From Chiloscyllium plagiosum (Eukaryota): DNA of 40,562 bases. The translations under genes and the position numbers were made by a program. The notes beneath the pieces were generated by a model. The model saw nothing but the letters and a program-made list of their open reading frames with translations. It did no database searches and was not told where the DNA came from. Numbering within the stretch: the first letter of the stretch is position 1; each line of letters opens with the position of its first letter. Shown in pieces: positions 38,921 to 40,562 of the stretch. The stretch spans positions 1 to 40,562 of the forward strand of contig NW_025214231.1 of the NCBI RefSeq assembly GCF_004010195.1, written 5' to 3'.

Positions 38921-39420
38921 AGGGCTTATCCCTCCAAATCCCTCCAAACCTTTCTTCTTCATGAACGCATCCAAATATCTTTTAAACGTTATAACTGTAC
39001 CTCCATCCTTCACTTCCTCAAGTTCATTCTACACAAAAACTAACCCCTGCGTAAAAAAAAAAGCCCCTCATATCTCTTTTAAATCTTTCTGCTCTTATGT
39101 GAAAAACATTCCATTAGGCTTGAAATTCCCCACCCTCGGGAAAAGACACCTGCAATTCACCTGATCTATACCCTTCATGATTTTTTTAAACTTCTATAAG
39201 GTCATCCCTCAGCCTCCTACATTCAAGCAAAGAAAGTCCCAGCCTGTTGATATAGTCTATGAAAACGTAAGGCAGCCCATGGCTGAGGCTTTGCAGGGAG
39301 GGATGTAATATCCCAGCCGCTGAGGCAGGATCTTTGTGCCACTCCAGGATAAGATAGCAAGAGCAAGCAGGTGGAGAAGTAGGGTGTAAATTCCTCCAAC
39401 ACACACCAATGACAGGTAGC

Positions 39421-39678
39421 AAGAGTCAACCACATTGCTGCAGGTTTGGAGTCACATGTAAACGAGACCAGGTAAGGATAGCAGATTTCCTTCTCTGAAG
39501 GACATGACTGAAACAGATGAGTTTTTTATGACAATTGACAGTGATTACCATTAGAATAGCTTCTTATTGAATTCAACTTTTAACCATCTGCCCTGGTAGG
39601 ATCTGACCCCATGTCCTGAACTATTCGCTTGGAGTTTCTGGATTGTTAGCTCAATGGCAATACCACGACACAACGCCC
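39421..39678 (-). mobile_element. Diverged tRNA-derived SINE (common shark family)
   Basis: The minus strand starts with a degenerate A box (GTGTCGTGGTA) and B box-like GGGTCAGATCC-TACCAGGGCAGATGG. The body CCTTACCTGGTCT...TACATGTGACTCCA...GCAATGTGGTTGACTCTT is recognised from memory of shark SINEs. Confidence 0.65.
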
Positions 39679-39904
39679 TTAAACATTCACATAATAATGC
39701 ATGTTGGCTACAGCACCTCAGACTCCCTGAGTGAATGACAGCACGCACTGTCTCTCAATCACCACACCTATCCTGGGAGCCTCAGTTCGGTCGGTAGATT
39801 TCTCATCGGCTGAGCTTTAAAAATTGTGATTTCAAATTCAGCAACAGAAACTTGATGGCAACGTGTAAGCCATAGCTGTAGGAATGTTTGAGGTGGCTTC
39901 TTTT

Positions 39905-39998
39905 CTGGGGTGTACTAAGTTAAAAATCACACAGCACCAGGTTATAGTCCAACAGGTTTATTTGGAAGCACTAGCTTTCGGAGCGCCGCTCCTTCATC
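39905..39998 (-). mobile_element. Penelope-type terminal repeat, family 2, copy A
   Basis: Minus strand: GATGAAGGAGCGGCGCTCCGAAAGCTAGTGCTTCCAAATAAACCTGTTGGACTATAACCTGGTGCTGTGTGATTTTTAACTTAGTACACCCCAG. It has a hammerhead-like head and an AATAAA. Confidence 0.65.
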
Positions 39999-40121
39999 GT
40001 GTAGGACTATAAACTGAATTCAGACTACATGGAGTCAGCACAAATTCCAAGACCACCAACTTCAATGGATATTCAATCACATAAACACAGGACATTCCGC
40101 ACAATCAGGAAGCTTACGTAC

Positions 40122-40230
40122 CCCTGATGGAAAAGATGCTCCGAAAGTTCTAAATAAACCTGTTGGACTATAACCTGATGTTGTGTGATTTTTAACTTTG
40201 TACACCCCAGTCCAACACCAGATTCTCCCA
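40122..40230 (+). mobile_element. Penelope-type terminal repeat, family 2, copy B (inverted relative to copy A)
   Basis: CCCTGATGG...GCTCCGAAAG-TTCTAAATAAACCTGTTGGACTATAACCTGATGTTGTGTGATTTTTAACTTTGTACACCCCAG is nearly the exact reverse complement of 39905-39985. Confidence 0.65.
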
Positions 40231-40297
40231 AATCTTTTGTGAGGTTATCTTCCACCTTTCAGCTAAGTGCACAAGTTTTGTAAAGTAATGAGTTGAG

Positions 40298-40470
40298 CTG
40301 ATGTCCCAGTCAATACTCATTCCCGCCCGACCCTCAGAAAGAAATGATCTGCTCCTTTAATCCAACCTTGTTTGTGGGATCTTGCTGTGTGGAAATTAGC
40401 TACCAAGTGGCAACGCACTTTGGGGTATCTTCAGGTTGTGAAAGGTGATATAACAATGCAATTCCTTTTA
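40298..40470 (+). mobile_element. Old DeuSINE-like (SacSINE1/AmnSINE1-type) 3' fragment
   Basis: TGTTTGTGGGATCTTGCTGTG...GCACTTTGGG...GGTTGTGAAAGGTGATATAACAATGCAA matches the remembered DeuSINE tail (..GCTTTGGGA..TGAAAGGCGCTATATAAATGCAAG). Confidence 0.55.
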
Positions 40471-40562
40471 TTCTCTTTTTGTGGATCGTGGCGGTGGAAG
40501 GAATTATGTCAGTGTGCCTCTGAGAATATTTAGGAGGGCTGATAGTGGTTGTAGTTAAGGGA

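Larger units (their letters stand above)
38682..39252 (-). mobile_element. Second CR1-clade copy: 5'-truncated ORF2 C-terminus plus 3' UTR, interrupted by an insert at 38793-38926
   Basis: The minus strand reads RLGLSLLECRRLRDDLIEV...FFTQ...ITFKRYLDAFMKKKGLEG and, after the insert, GYGPSAERWD*. The 3' UTR ends GAAGGGGTTATTTCTGTGCTGTATGAC. Confidence 0.88.

Noticed and set aside
37668..39252. One continuous or active CR1 element
   Set aside because: The 3'-end fragment lies upstream of the RT fragment in element orientation, and both have stops or frameshifts, so these are two dead pieces.

Overview
Eukaryotic (vertebrate) genomic DNA with no intact gene. The repeat families suggest an elasmobranch (shark/ray): HE1-type V-SINEs, CR1/HER1-type LINE remnants, DeuSINE-like tail and Penelope-like termini. 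This assignment is recognition from memory, not a search. Bases 1 to ~34,300 are one head-to-tail satellite of a 37-bp unit (consensus GTGTAATGTGGCTCACACTGTCACAGTGAGCGAGAGT, roughly 920 units, 292-N gap at 14563-14854). Each unit carries the palindrome CACTGT-C-ACAGTG, and the array is a mosaic of duplicated multi-unit blocks with regional variant domains. The last ~6.2 kb is a patchwork of retroelement remnants: a Penelope-like 3' end abutting the array, two HE1-like SINEs, two CR1 fragments (one with a local inversion, one interrupted by a short Penelope-derived insert), another tRNA-SINE and an inverted pair of Penelope-type termini. The most notable signals are four minimal hammerhead-ribozyme-like motifs of two families, one with an intact core, and the resemblance of the satellite core to a RAG signal joint lacking one base. 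All ORFs in the satellite are artefacts.
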